Source: a virus. From it: a stretch of 64,000 nt of DNA. Numbering within the stretch: the stretch's first letter is position 1; each line of letters opens with the position of its first letter. This document shows positions 25,412-35,109 of the stretch, one piece after another. The translations under genes and the position numbers were made by a program. The notes below the pieces were generated by a model. The model saw nothing but the letters and a program-made list of their open reading frames with translations, did not search any database and was not told the origin of the DNA. The DNA lies in IMG/VR virus record IMGVR_UViG_3300020438_000021, positions 15,175-79,174 of that record, one strand, 5' to 3'.

Positions 25412-26231
25412 AACAATAATAATAGTCGGCAAAGATGGAACAGATAAATTGGAAAAGGCAATGAAACTTGTATCTGAAGAACCAATTGTAATGTATGCCA
25501 ATGAGTTTGATATCGAAGACAATTACAGTATACCTGCTGATGTGGGAATCATTATCAGAGAATGTAATTACAAACCTAATGTCGAGTTAATCAGAAGAAC
25601 CATTCTAGAATACAGAGGTCAAGTGGTTCTCACATCAATCAATCAGAAAGATGTGCCAAAGAAACTGTTTAACCTATGCAAGTTGAGGCGTGGCAAGAAA
25701 CTTGATGTTGATATTATCAAGGAGTTAGCACCACGCTCTGATGACCCTCATAACTATGATACTGATATCTTCTCCTTGGTTGGGGACTATCTGAGAAACC
25801 CTGATAGGGATTTGATAATGCAGAGTCTTAAGATTAGCAAACCAGCAGACATTCAGTTTGTCTCTTGGTTAGCACCGAACATCCATCCTAACAAGTTGAT
25901 GTTCGTTGATGCGAAGGTGAAGAGAAGGTGGAGTTCAGACTACTTCTACGAAATGCTCGCTTATTCCCATGACGGGAGAATGCAAAGGAAGATGACTCCA
26001 CCACAAAGAAAGGCATATTCTACAATACCGAAAATTTTGAGGAAGTTAAAAATGCGACATTCTGATGTTTATCTTTTCAAGGACTTAATGAAAAACCCTG
26101 ATTTTAGAGAACATTGTAGAAAGACACTCTCATCCTCCGAAACTAGAACGTTAGGACTAGGTGAGAAAAAGAGAAGAACAAAAACAACACCAGTCACACC
26201 AACTGTCGGATTATCGAGGTGGTTAAACTGA
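25380..26231 (+). CDS. Replication factor C large-subunit-like protein with degenerate P-loop
   Basis: IVGKDGTDK in the Walker A position, VVLTSIN, PIP-like C-terminus GLSRWL; adjacent to the RFC small subunit. Confidence 0.55.
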   Translation: MSLLNMQNQNRTIIIVGKDGTDKLEKAMKLVSEEPIVMYANEFDIEDNYSIPADVGIIIRECNYKPNVELIRRTILEYRGQVVLTSINQKDVPKKLFNLCKLRRGKKLDVDIIKELAPRSDDPHNYDTDIFSLVGDYLRNPDRDLIMQSLKISKPADIQFVSWLAPNIHPNKLMFVDAKVKRRWSSDYFYEMLAYSHDGRMQRKMTPPQRKAYSTIPKILRKLKMRHSDVYLFKDLMKNPDFREHCRKTLSSSETRTLGLGEKKRRTKTTPVTPTVGLSRWLN

Positions 26232-26407
26232 GCGACTATCATTGCAAGTGTGATAAGAGCAGGTGGAGTATTCACGCCTTCCACTATGGGAGGTGTATAA
26301 CTTGCAACAATTGGATATCGGTGAATGATATCTTAGATATATGGAATAAAAATGGAGAAGATGAAAATGTTATGGACAGAGAAATACAGACCAAAGAGAA
26401 TTGCTGA
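26219..26407 (+). CDS. Small Cys-rich protein
   Basis: CKC...CITC; overlaps both neighbours. Confidence 0.45.
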   Translation: MVKLSDYHCKCDKSRWSIHAFHYGRCITCNNWISVNDILDIWNKNGEDENVMDREIQTKENC

Positions 26408-27278
26408 TGTAGTAGGACAGTATAACTTTACGATAGATGCAGAGAGTTGGGTAGAGCAGAACAATATGCCCAATGTTCTATTGTACGGTGTAGCAGGGGT
26501 CGGAAAAACGGCTGCTGGTATTGCCCTCGCTAATGATATGTTGAAGGAAGATAAGGACAATAACTTCTTTGAAATAAATGCATCAGATGACAGGAGACTA
26601 GAGACAGTCAGAAATCAAATCAAGGAGATTGCTTCAACGAAGAAGATTGGCAATGTCCCATTCAAGATTATACTTCTTGATGAGATGGATGGTATGACTA
26701 AGGATGCTCAGAATGCATTGAAGAGAATCATGGAGAGATATGCTGAGAATGTCAGATTCATTATTACATGTAATGAGAGACACAGGATAATTCATCCGTT
26801 GCAGTCTAGGTGTGCTAACTATGCATTCCATAGACTGAAGCCACAGTCAATGCATATTCTTCTAACTAGGATATTAGATAGTGAGCAGATTACACATGTA
26901 ACAAGTGATGAGTTAGAAACTTTCATAGACTCCTTACATGGAGACATGAGAAGAGGGCTTACTGAACTTCAGGCTGCTATCTACGGTAAGTCCTCACTGT
27001 TGAATCAAATTGACAAGAACTTAGAACCATATACCGAAATAATGCAAATGATTGATGATAATAAGTATGAAAATAGTTTAGGTAAGGTGCATGAGTTGTT
27101 GTATAATTCGGTGGATATGAAGACAGTGTGCATTAATTTGCATGATGTTATCATTAAAACGGATATGCAATCCGCCAAGAAGTTCAAAATGCTTAGGGTT
27201 ATCGGAGAGGCTGAGTGGCGGAGTAGTAGTATGACCCCTAAACTACTAGCGTCTTGGATGATAGGTCAGTTGATGTGA
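26352..27278 (+). CDS. rfcS: Replication factor C small subunit (clamp loader)
   Basis: WTEKYRP, GVAGVGKT, NASDDR, DEMDGM, SRC motif. Confidence 0.95.
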   Translation: MEKMKMLWTEKYRPKRIADVVGQYNFTIDAESWVEQNNMPNVLLYGVAGVGKTAAGIALANDMLKEDKDNNFFEINASDDRRLETVRNQIKEIASTKKIGNVPFKIILLDEMDGMTKDAQNALKRIMERYAENVRFIITCNERHRIIHPLQSRCANYAFHRLKPQSMHILLTRILDSEQITHVTSDELETFIDSLHGDMRRGLTELQAAIYGKSSLLNQIDKNLEPYTEIMQMIDDNKYENSLGKVHELLYNSVDMKTVCINLHDVIIKTDMQSAKKFKMLRVIGEAEWRSSSMTPKLLASWMIGQLM

Positions 27279-27369
27279 TGGCAGAAATAATATTGGGGAT
27301 ACTGATATTGAGGCAGTTTTTGAAATGGCTAGATTCCCCAAAAAGGAGATTTTAAAATGAGGTATAAAT

Positions 27370-27624
27370 ATGAAAATGGATTTGAACAAAGACGGCGTAG
27401 TGGATATTGAAGATATCAAACATCTACTACTTCGGTATGAGATAATAGCGTTAGGCGGTGCATTGCTGATTGTACTGCCTATATTAAACACGCTAGGTTA
27501 CATCAGCGTAGATTCCAATTTCTTTTGGATATTGTGTGGCGTAGTCATGCTGACAGAAGGATTAGTGGAAATAAAACACGAAAGAAAGAGAATAAAAACA
27601 AAGGAGGAAAATGAAAATGAATGA
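27370..27624 (+). CDS. Small membrane protein with N-terminal EF-hand-like loop and two TM helices
   Basis: DLNKDGVVDIED; two hydrophobic segments; charged C-terminus. Confidence 0.65.
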   Translation: MKMDLNKDGVVDIEDIKHLLLRYEIIALGGALLIVLPILNTLGYISVDSNFFWILCGVVMLTEGLVEIKHERKRIKTKEENENE

Positions 27625-28846
27625 TGAAATAATGAATGAAATTGAGAAAGCAGCAGAACTGCTAGGGATGTCCCTAGACGATGCGAAAGCGAGGTTCGAG
27701 GAGATATGCTCCAAGAACAACGTTGACGCAGATAAAGAGCCTTTACTGGCTCGAAGTCTTTGGAGACAGTTCTTTAGTAATTCTCGTAATGTAATAAAGA
27801 GACAACAGACGCAACCAACAGGACAAGATAGTAACAGCCTATACAAGAAAGCCTTCGGCTTTTTCGTAGCACTGAACGATGCTATTGACATGTCAGCACG
27901 AAGTCGTGAGAGACTAACTAACGAGTATATGCGTGACAGTGATATGACTTACTCTCTAGGAAGAGTCGCTATCTTCACTGAAGACGGTGATGGGTATGAA
28001 GCAAGAATGATGCGTGACGGTGAAGAGATTGTCAAGCACATGAAGAAGTTGCCTGAGAACAATGTAGAAGTTGACAGTGGTAGATTCATTGTCCCACTTG
28101 ACACACGACAAGGTGACTGGAACAAGAACTATGGTAAGCCACAACCTGCATCTGAGTATCAGAGAAAGGGAGTATTCGTTGGTGAGATAGATGGCAAAAT
28201 GGGTAAGTATTTCTTCTCCTACAAGAAGGAACACAGTGTCAACTTCCAACCTAATACCTTTGAGTTTGTTCACTTCGATGTGATACCAAACTCTAACAGG
28301 GAAGACCTGATTCATGGTGGAGCAAACCAAACTGTTGAGTCGTTGGTATACAATGCTGACTTAGCAGATGGCTCTGAGATGAAGAGGGATGTATCTCAGA
28401 TAGTTATGTCTGATGCTATGATGGAATACTGTGGTGGTAATTACAGTCCATTGATTGCTTTAGACAAGTATCATCAGACTGCTAATAACAAGGCTAATTG
28501 GGATGACAGGTTCGTGTTTACCGATGGCACAGTTAACAGCATCAATGTAACACCCACAGCAAACGGTAACAGGATATTGAATCTTGATGACCTGAACACC
28601 GACTTTGACTTTGACAACGATGGTTGGAGCGGCACTACTTGCTGGATTCCTGAGAACATACCGATTGACTTTGGGATAGGTTCACAGGTTCTAGTCGTTG
28701 GTCGAACATCTCAGGGTGTTGACCAAGAAGGTAACATCCGACCTGTTAGCATCAATGTTGCTGGTCTTCATGTGATTAGCAGCAGAGGCGGAAGTGCTGA
28801 AGAAGTAGAATTTATCGATGAGTCTGAAGACTGGTTCTTCGAGTAG
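27611..28846 (+). CDS. Putative RPA-like single-stranded DNA-binding (OB-fold) protein
   Basis: C-terminal OB-like strands (GTVNSI...LDDL...TCWI...GSQVLVVGR), acidic-aromatic tail DESEDWFFE, replication-cluster context. Confidence 0.55.
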   Translation: MKMNDEIMNEIEKAAELLGMSLDDAKARFEEICSKNNVDADKEPLLARSLWRQFFSNSRNVIKRQQTQPTGQDSNSLYKKAFGFFVALNDAIDMSARSRERLTNEYMRDSDMTYSLGRVAIFTEDGDGYEARMMRDGEEIVKHMKKLPENNVEVDSGRFIVPLDTRQGDWNKNYGKPQPASEYQRKGVFVGEIDGKMGKYFFSYKKEHSVNFQPNTFEFVHFDVIPNSNREDLIHGGANQTVESLVYNADLADGSEMKRDVSQIVMSDAMMEYCGGNYSPLIALDKYHQTANNKANWDDRFVFTDGTVNSINVTPTANGNRILNLDDLNTDFDFDNDGWSGTTCWIPENIPIDFGIGSQVLVVGRTSQGVDQEGNIRPVSINVAGLHVISSRGGSAEEVEFIDESEDWFFE

Positions 28847-28859
28847 GCAGGTGACGTAA

Positions 28860-29132
28860 ATGGAATGCAGTATGAGTGCTGATTCCAATGGAGGTCTCGT
28901 CATTCATGGGAGAAGTTTCGCCTTCCTCATGGATGATGTAGACTTCCTAACTTGGAAGTACAATCCCGATACAGGAGACTATTGGACTAAGTTCCACTTT
29001 GTCTCTAAGGACGTAAGAGTGAAACTATCTCTTACGGAACTTAACGAACTATTAGAACAATGGAAGGGTATTACATTTGACCCTAATGAATATAAAAATG
29101 GTGATAGATATGAGTTGGACAACAACAGATAA
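28860..29132 (+). CDS. Hypothetical protein
   Basis: GGTGA RBS. Confidence 0.7.
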   Translation: MECSMSADSNGGLVIHGRSFAFLMDDVDFLTWKYNPDTGDYWTKFHFVSKDVRVKLSLTELNELLEQWKGITFDPNEYKNGDRYELDNNR

Positions 29133-29973
29133 AACAAAGGCAATAACAACGAACGAGTCTGCAAAGGGGCAGTATGCTCTCCGAAAGGAGGCAATGCTTC
29201 AGCAGATTAAGGAATCACAGGAGAATAACAAGTCTTACCTGTGTCTTGGTATTTGGGGAGAACCTAAATCCGCTAAGTCAGCAACGGCAATGGACCTACT
29301 GACTGATGAAGACATAAAGAACGGACTACATGTTCTAGTGTTTGATTTCGACAACAGAGCAATAGATGTGAAGCGTAATCATTACGATAACAACGAGAAC
29401 CTGATTGTCTACAATCCAATCGTAAGAAAGGATGGCAGTCTAGTGGACTTCGATGAAACGATGAACAACGCAAGAGCGTTCTATGAAATGGCAAAAGAGT
29501 ATCTTGCAGAAGGTAAACTGAAGGCAGTCATCGTAGATGGAGCAGATAAACTCCTAACAGATGTCTGTGAAACTAAGATGCGTGAGAAGCATGGTATGGA
29601 TGCTGATACAGTTATCAAGCAACCGCCTTATGTTTGGGGAGATAGAAACACTCCTTACAAGAACTTCTTGCATAAGCAGATATTAGAGATGCCTTGTCAC
29701 CGAATAGTGATTGCTCACTCTAAAGACAAGTATGCGGGTAATCCAAATCCCGTTGGTGTGGAGGCCAACTGGCATTCTACAACAGAAGATATCTTCACTG
29801 CAACAGTAAAGATGTCAAGAGACATCAGGAAGAATGGTGCTACCTTTACCGCTATGGTTGAGGCAAGTGCTAGGAAGCCTGAGATGATTGGAAAGAGATT
29901 GAGAGTCTTGACTATCGAAGATGGAAAGATAGATTGGACAGGATTCCCTGAAATCAAAGCAGGAGAACTTTGA
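29110..29973 (+). CDS. AAA_24/Sak4-like RecA-fold ATPase (possible recombinase)
   Basis: GEPKSAKS Walker A variant, FDFD, AVIVDG Walker B, VIAH. Confidence 0.65.
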   Translation: MSWTTTDKTKAITTNESAKGQYALRKEAMLQQIKESQENNKSYLCLGIWGEPKSAKSATAMDLLTDEDIKNGLHVLVFDFDNRAIDVKRNHYDNNENLIVYNPIVRKDGSLVDFDETMNNARAFYEMAKEYLAEGKLKAVIVDGADKLLTDVCETKMREKHGMDADTVIKQPPYVWGDRNTPYKNFLHKQILEMPCHRIVIAHSKDKYAGNPNPVGVEANWHSTTEDIFTATVKMSRDIRKNGATFTAMVEASARKPEMIGKRLRVLTIEDGKIDWTGFPEIKAGEL

Positions 29974-29988
29974 ACGTAATGTAGATGT

Positions 29989-30013
29989 GGGTAGGGGGGA
30001 AACCCCCTATCCC
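29989..30013 (+). other. GC-rich stem-loop between the ATPase and clamp genes
   Basis: GGGTAGGGGG-GAAA-CCCCCTATCCC. Confidence 0.55.
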
Positions 30014-30031
30014 TTCTGCTATTTAGGAGGA

Positions 30032-30805
30032 ATGAAAATGAGAATAGAAATAAACAATAAAACACTAACAAACGCAATAGAAGATGTATGGATGAAAGGA
30101 AAGTATCACAATGGCGATTCAGCAAAGAACGGTCAATTAACCGATTATGCAATGCTTGAACTCGTTGAAGGTAATATACTGAATCTATACAATGCTGACA
30201 ATCAAACCATCTGTCGAGTGTCTGTACCTATAATTAGTCAGACAAACGAAGACAGCAATAATATGGTTGTAGTAGAGATAGACAAGATACTCAAGTATCT
30301 TAAGACATTCACAGGAGACAGGGTTCAGTTAGTTGCTGAAGACTTTATCCTATTACAAGACGAAGGCGGAGGAAAGAGGGCAAGTTTACCACTAGTTGTT
30401 AATCATCCTAATGCAGCGATGATTGCTAGGATTCAAGGCTACACTATTACTCCTGAGAATCCTGTCTTTAGTAGTGTGGTCTTTGAGTCTATCATTACCA
30501 CAGGCTCTAAGATACTAACAGATGCAATCAAGACTTGTGATGTTATCAACAACGCAAAGTATCTGTTAGATACAGACAATCAACACTTCACCATTTCAAG
30601 CAGGAAGTCTGACATTGACAAGGTAGATGTCATAGTTTCTACGCTATCTATGAATGGTGAATCAGCAACGGTAGAAGTAACTGGTCAGTTCCACAAGTTC
30701 TTTCGTGGTTCTGTTCCTGTGACTATCTACTTGAAAGACGAGTCTCCTGTTATATGGGCAGGAGAGGATAGAATACTAATCAAAGCCCCATACATTACAA
30801 GGTGA
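30032..30805 (+). CDS. pcn: DNA sliding clamp (PCNA-like)
   Basis: About 257 aa with a two-domain clamp pattern, C-terminal ILIKAPY, immediately upstream of PolB; GGAGG RBS. Confidence 0.75.
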   Translation: MKMRIEINNKTLTNAIEDVWMKGKYHNGDSAKNGQLTDYAMLELVEGNILNLYNADNQTICRVSVPIISQTNEDSNNMVVVEIDKILKYLKTFTGDRVQLVAEDFILLQDEGGGKRASLPLVVNHPNAAMIARIQGYTITPENPVFSSVVFESIITTGSKILTDAIKTCDVINNAKYLLDTDNQHFTISSRKSDIDKVDVIVSTLSMNGESATVEVTGQFHKFFRGSVPVTIYLKDESPVIWAGEDRILIKAPYITR

Positions 30806-32490
30806 TTACAATGATAATAGCAAACACGAAAGAAGGTATCTTCCTGAGATGGAGAGATGCAGAGAAGAAGGTTGTAGAGGAAGAGATTCCCTATGCCGAC
30901 TTCTCTCCATATTTCTTTGTGGAGGCTTCTAATATCGTTAATGTTGACGCTGAATCTAAGGTTTTCTTGAAAGAGGGATACCAACAGAAGGATAAGTTTC
31001 CTGCAACTCTAACTTATGAGAGCGGTGATTGGGTAAACCTTCAAGGTGATTCACTTGTGAAAGTGACATGGACACCACATAAAACTATGAAATCCGATGC
31101 TAGGAATGTAACGAGTAAAGTTAGAGCATACTATCATGATAGAGACATACCAACGTATGAAGCAGATGTTCAACACCATTATCGATATGCTGTCGATAGA
31201 TTGGATAAACTGAACGATTACAATCTAAGGAAATGGTATTGGGATATGGAATGGATGCAAGGTGGAGAGCATGATGGTGCGATTACTGCTATCGTTGTCT
31301 ACGATAACTATGATGATGAGTATTACACATTGACATGGCTTCCTGATTCAAGTGAGACTGAGAGAACAGTGCTTGAGAGATTCATGTTGATGCTAACTGA
31401 GAAAGACCCTGACATGCTTATCTCATGGTTCGGTTGGAAGTTCGATGTACCTAAGTTAATCGAGAGGCTACACACAAATGGAATCGACCCAAGACTACTA
31501 TCTCCTGTTCACGAAGTAACAGGTGTTGAATGGAATATCAAGGAGAGAAAGAGAATACTGAAGACTAAGCAGATAGAGAACTACTCTCCGATTGCTCAAC
31601 CAATCAAAGGTAGAATATGCGTACCTCTAGACTTGGCCTTTGAGAGACAATGGAATGATGCACAAAGAGGAACTTTACCTTCACTGTCACTAGACTATGT
31701 TTCAGAGTATGTCTTAGGTGAGAAGAAACTAGTGAGCGAGAAGTTTCCCGATAAGAATGAGTTCTTCAGGAGAGGCTGGCAAGAAGACAATGAGACATAT
31801 CTAGAGTATGCCTTGAAAGACGTTGAACTAATCAAGAGGATAGACGATGAGAACTTCACAACTGAAGCAATACTCTCGTTACAACGTTTACTGATTGCAC
31901 CGTTCGATGCTTGCTTCTACGCTAGTAACATGGGTGGAATATACTTCATGAGAAATGCCTCATGGAAAGCACCTACGGGCAGGAAAGGAGACAGGGTAGA
32001 GTATGATGGTGCGATGGTCTATGACCCGCTTAGTGAAGGCACAAATGGTCTTCATTTGGGTGTTGCAGCATTTGACTTCGCTGGTCTGTATCCAAGCATG
32101 ATGATTGCAAGAAATATCTCTTGGGAGACTAAGTCTCAGACACCTACACAATTTGGTGTAAATCTTAGAACACCAAAAGACTTCTCTAAGGTAGAAGACT
32201 ATGACATGAGATACTACAATAGTAATGAACTAGGGTTATTGCCAAAAGCAGTTCTAGAGTTGAAAGAACTGAGAAACGAATACAAAATGAAAATGAAAGA
32301 AAGTGAAAGTAAAAGTGAATATGTGAAATGGAACAACAACCAACTTGCAGTCAAGAGATTGATGGCATCCTTCTATGGTATCATTGCGTATCAGGGATTC
32401 GGTTGGGCTGATGTTGATTTAGCGGCAAGCATCACTGCTAGTGCTAGAGAAGCCATTCGCATTGCAGCATTCAAAGTGAGGGAACTATAA
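30802..32490 (+). CDS. polB: Family B DNA polymerase, N-terminal part (3'-5' exonuclease, motifs A and B)
   Basis: WDME, WFGWKFD, YALKD exonuclease motifs; DFAGLYPS; KRLMASFYG; ends before motif C. Confidence 0.95.
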   Translation: MITMIIANTKEGIFLRWRDAEKKVVEEEIPYADFSPYFFVEASNIVNVDAESKVFLKEGYQQKDKFPATLTYESGDWVNLQGDSLVKVTWTPHKTMKSDARNVTSKVRAYYHDRDIPTYEADVQHHYRYAVDRLDKLNDYNLRKWYWDMEWMQGGEHDGAITAIVVYDNYDDEYYTLTWLPDSSETERTVLERFMLMLTEKDPDMLISWFGWKFDVPKLIERLHTNGIDPRLLSPVHEVTGVEWNIKERKRILKTKQIENYSPIAQPIKGRICVPLDLAFERQWNDAQRGTLPSLSLDYVSEYVLGEKKLVSEKFPDKNEFFRRGWQEDNETYLEYALKDVELIKRIDDENFTTEAILSLQRLLIAPFDACFYASNMGGIYFMRNASWKAPTGRKGDRVEYDGAMVYDPLSEGTNGLHLGVAAFDFAGLYPSMMIARNISWETKSQTPTQFGVNLRTPKDFSKVEDYDMRYYNSNELGLLPKAVLELKELRNEYKMKMKESESKSEYVKWNNNQLAVKRLMASFYGIIAYQGFGWADVDLAASITASAREAIRIAAFKVREL

Positions 32491-32687
32491 TGCCAATAAA
32501 GAGTGCAAGCATTGACTTCTCAAAGGTCAAGGAAGAGAAATTGTCTGAGTCGGAGTTAAGAAAGCAAGCAATTCGTCAGTTAATGAAGGACAGCAGGGCA
32601 ATAGCAAGGACAACTAGCAAGATTGTCGCTGGTTTTGTCTTCTTGTATGGTTTGGTTTCACTTTTACAGGATGTGAATGTAATATGA
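32490..32687 (+). CDS. Small membrane protein inserted in split polB
   Basis: TAATG coupling; C-terminal TM helix. Confidence 0.65.
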   Translation: MPIKSASIDFSKVKEEKLSESELRKQAIRQLMKDSRAIARTTSKIVAGFVFLYGLVSLLQDVNVI

Positions 32688-32800
32688 ATATAGAAAAGTG
32701 GTCACAAGACAGATTTGCAACACTAGCATTGGCTAGAACAGTATTTGGCTTTCTAAAAGTCATAATTGCAGTAATTGTAGCAGTGGAGTTGGTATTATGA
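32684..32800 (+). CDS. 38-aa membrane peptide inserted in split polB (not in ORF track)
   Basis: MNIEKWSQDRFATLALARTVFGFLKVIIAVIVAVELVL; ATGA overlaps at both ends. Confidence 0.65.
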   Translation: MNIEKWSQDRFATLALARTVFGFLKVIIAVIVAVELVL

Positions 32801-33732
32801 AGGTAGTTTATGGACATACGGACTCGATTTACGTTGATATTGAAGACAACAGCATTGAAACTGCTGAAAAGGCGTTGAAAATACTGAATGAACATGTTAG
32901 AGAGGCATTTCCTAATGTAATGGGCTTGAAGGAACATCCTGTAACACTAGAGTTTGAGAAATACTTCAGAACTTTAGGTGTTGGAGCAACAAAAAATAGA
33001 AATGCAGGTCTAATTACTTGGAAAGATGGTAACTTCCTTGATGAAGAAGAGTTTGTGATGACAGGATTCACTGCAAAGAGGGTTTCTCTGACTAAACTAG
33101 CCAAAGATGTTCAATTGTCAGTGCTTAACATGTGGGTTGAGGGTAAATCGGAGCAAGAAATAGTCTCTTATCTGAATGATAAGTACAATTCTGTCATGCA
33201 AGGTAAGATTCCACTATCAGATGTTCTACAAAGAAGTAGATTCCGTGAAGAAAGGTTCAGATTAGTATGCAAGGTATGCAATCCAAAGGCTAGATTCGAC
33301 AAAGGATGGAGTAACAAGTCAGTTAGTGTGTTTGACTTGATGCAACATGGTGGATGTATAGATGACATGGGTAGAGTAATGGAGCATTCTAACTTCGTTA
33401 CTGTTGGAGGCAAGCGACCAACATTTGGTTCGGGAGTTGAGGGAGTGCTGTTTAGCCATTCACAGGGATATGAAAAGATAGAGGATACCTATCTTTATCT
33501 TAGAATCAAGAATTGCAGGGAGCATTACATGCATCCTGTAACTAGGGAGTTCACAACTCCCAATTATGTATCTAGATTAACTGCCGATGAGTTTGATGAC
33601 TTTGACCCTGATTGGTCACATTATGCAGAATCGGTAGTTAAGAAAGCAGAACCTATCTTCAGAGCAATGGGATGGAACACAATGCAGATAAAAAGAGACA
33701 CACAGCAATCCTCTTTGGAGGAGTGGTTTTGA
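32797..33732 (+). CDS. polB: Family B DNA polymerase, C-terminal part (motif C, thumb, PIP box)
   Basis: MKVVYGHTDSIYV, LEFEK, C-terminal QQSSLEEWF. Confidence 0.95.
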   Translation: MKVVYGHTDSIYVDIEDNSIETAEKALKILNEHVREAFPNVMGLKEHPVTLEFEKYFRTLGVGATKNRNAGLITWKDGNFLDEEEFVMTGFTAKRVSLTKLAKDVQLSVLNMWVEGKSEQEIVSYLNDKYNSVMQGKIPLSDVLQRSRFREERFRLVCKVCNPKARFDKGWSNKSVSVFDLMQHGGCIDDMGRVMEHSNFVTVGGKRPTFGSGVEGVLFSHSQGYEKIEDTYLYLRIKNCREHYMHPVTREFTTPNYVSRLTADEFDDFDPDWSHYAESVVKKAEPIFRAMGWNTMQIKRDTQQSSLEEWF

Positions 33733-33753
33733 GAATAAAAGGAGTGAGAATAA

Positions 33754-34635
33754 ATGAGACAAAGTAATACAAATGAATACACATACCAATGGAAGCCTGA
33801 GAATTACGGACAAGAAGGAGAACCAATTTTGAAGATATCGAAGTCTTCTTTGGGTTCTTATCAATGGTGTCCTAAGAGATACGAGTTTCAATATGTTGAA
33901 AGAAGACCAATAGAAACAACAGAAGTGATGATTAAAGGAAGCATAATACACAATGCTAGAGAAGCATTCTTCAATTCCTTTGACATAAAGAAGGCTGAGA
34001 ATCTCTCGCATGAAGAACTTGTCAACTACTGTATGAGTCTCCATCCAATAGATGATTATACTGAGATGTATGAAGCAATGTCTATCTTTGAAGCAAACAG
34101 GTTTATGGAATCGAGTGCAGAAGGCACAACCCATGATTTCGTTCCTGTTGTCAATGAGGTAATGTTAGATGCTAAGATTGAGATAGGTAGGAATGAGAAT
34201 CCAAAGTACGAACTTTCTCAGAACTACACTGTTCACTTACAGGGAATCATTGACAGGATGTTCAAGGAAGGTGACAGATACATCCCTATGGAATTGAAGA
34301 CTGGTGGTTGGAAAGACTGGAAGAAGACTATGATGCGTAAAGAGATGGCATTCTACAAAATACTGTTTGAGAATACTCCTAATAATGAGTTAGAGGAAAT
34401 GGGTATTGACCCTAACTTACCCATCTCTCATTGGGGTTGGTACTATCCTGCTGCCAATTACATCTATGTTGAAGATGCCAAGAAGAGTAGTATGACTGCT
34501 GTTAAGAAAGGGATAGCAGAAATGATACATTCCTATGAAACTGGGATATTCCCAACGAAGTATTTTGCAAAGACTTGTTCTAATTGTAGTTTCTTCGGCA
34601 TTTGCGATGCCGCTAACACAGAGAGTTGGTTCTAA
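33754..34635 (+). CDS. Cas4-like PD-(D/E)XK exonuclease with 4Fe-4S cysteines
   Basis: WCPKRY, GSIIH, GIIDR, ELKTG, CSNCSFFGIC. Confidence 0.85.
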   Translation: MRQSNTNEYTYQWKPENYGQEGEPILKISKSSLGSYQWCPKRYEFQYVERRPIETTEVMIKGSIIHNAREAFFNSFDIKKAENLSHEELVNYCMSLHPIDDYTEMYEAMSIFEANRFMESSAEGTTHDFVPVVNEVMLDAKIEIGRNENPKYELSQNYTVHLQGIIDRMFKEGDRYIPMELKTGGWKDWKKTMMRKEMAFYKILFENTPNNELEEMGIDPNLPISHWGWYYPAANYIYVEDAKKSSMTAVKKGIAEMIHSYETGIFPTKYFAKTCSNCSFFGICDAANTESWF

Positions 34636-34734
34636 TGAAACTACTAAGTAGACTATGGGCTTTCTTATCAGAAGGCAACGGAATGACTTGGGAGCAGTAT
34701 CGTGAAAACAAGAGGAAAGTAAGGAGGAATAAAA

Positions 34735-35109
34735 ATGATAGATAGAATGGTAAGAGAAGAATTGAATCAAAAGGTATGGTCTTTCTCAGAGATAGCAAAT
34801 GTTTCTGAGACTGTTGATAATATAGCACAGTCATTATATGATAAGATGCCAACAACAGACAAACTGAAAATGATTTGGGAAACAGATGTATTTGCTGAAG
34901 ATAGAACACCCTTTGGTCAGATATATATGAATACAGTAATGACAGAATTAAGAATAAAAATAGCAGAAGTCGTTAGAGTAGAATTACTTGAAGCGAAGGT
35001 CTCGTTTAAGGAGGTTAATAAAAATGAAAATGCCAAGAGAAGTGTGGGCGGGAAGTCATCTAAGAAACGCACCACAAATGAAAAGAAGAGTAGTGAAGAC
35101 GAAGAGTGA
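34735..35109 (+). CDS. Hypothetical protein
   Basis: AGGAGG RBS. Confidence 0.7.
   Translation: MIDRMVREELNQKVWSFSEIANVSETVDNIAQSLYDKMPTTDKLKMIWETDVFAEDRTPFGQIYMNTVMTELRIKIAEVVRVELLEAKVSFKEVNKNENAKRSVGGKSSKKRTTNEKKSSEDEE

Noticed and set aside
29110-29135. MSWTTTDK start of the ATPase as a member of the W-motif family
   Set aside because: Lacks the two hydrophobic residues before Lys
32491-32796. Intein, intron or frameshift in polB
   Set aside because: No intein terminal motifs; the gap holds two translationally coupled ORFs and the C-part has its own ATG
33754-34635. CRISPR-Cas system from the Cas4-like gene
   Set aside because: No cas1/cas2 or array; solo Cas4-like nucleases are common in viral replication modules
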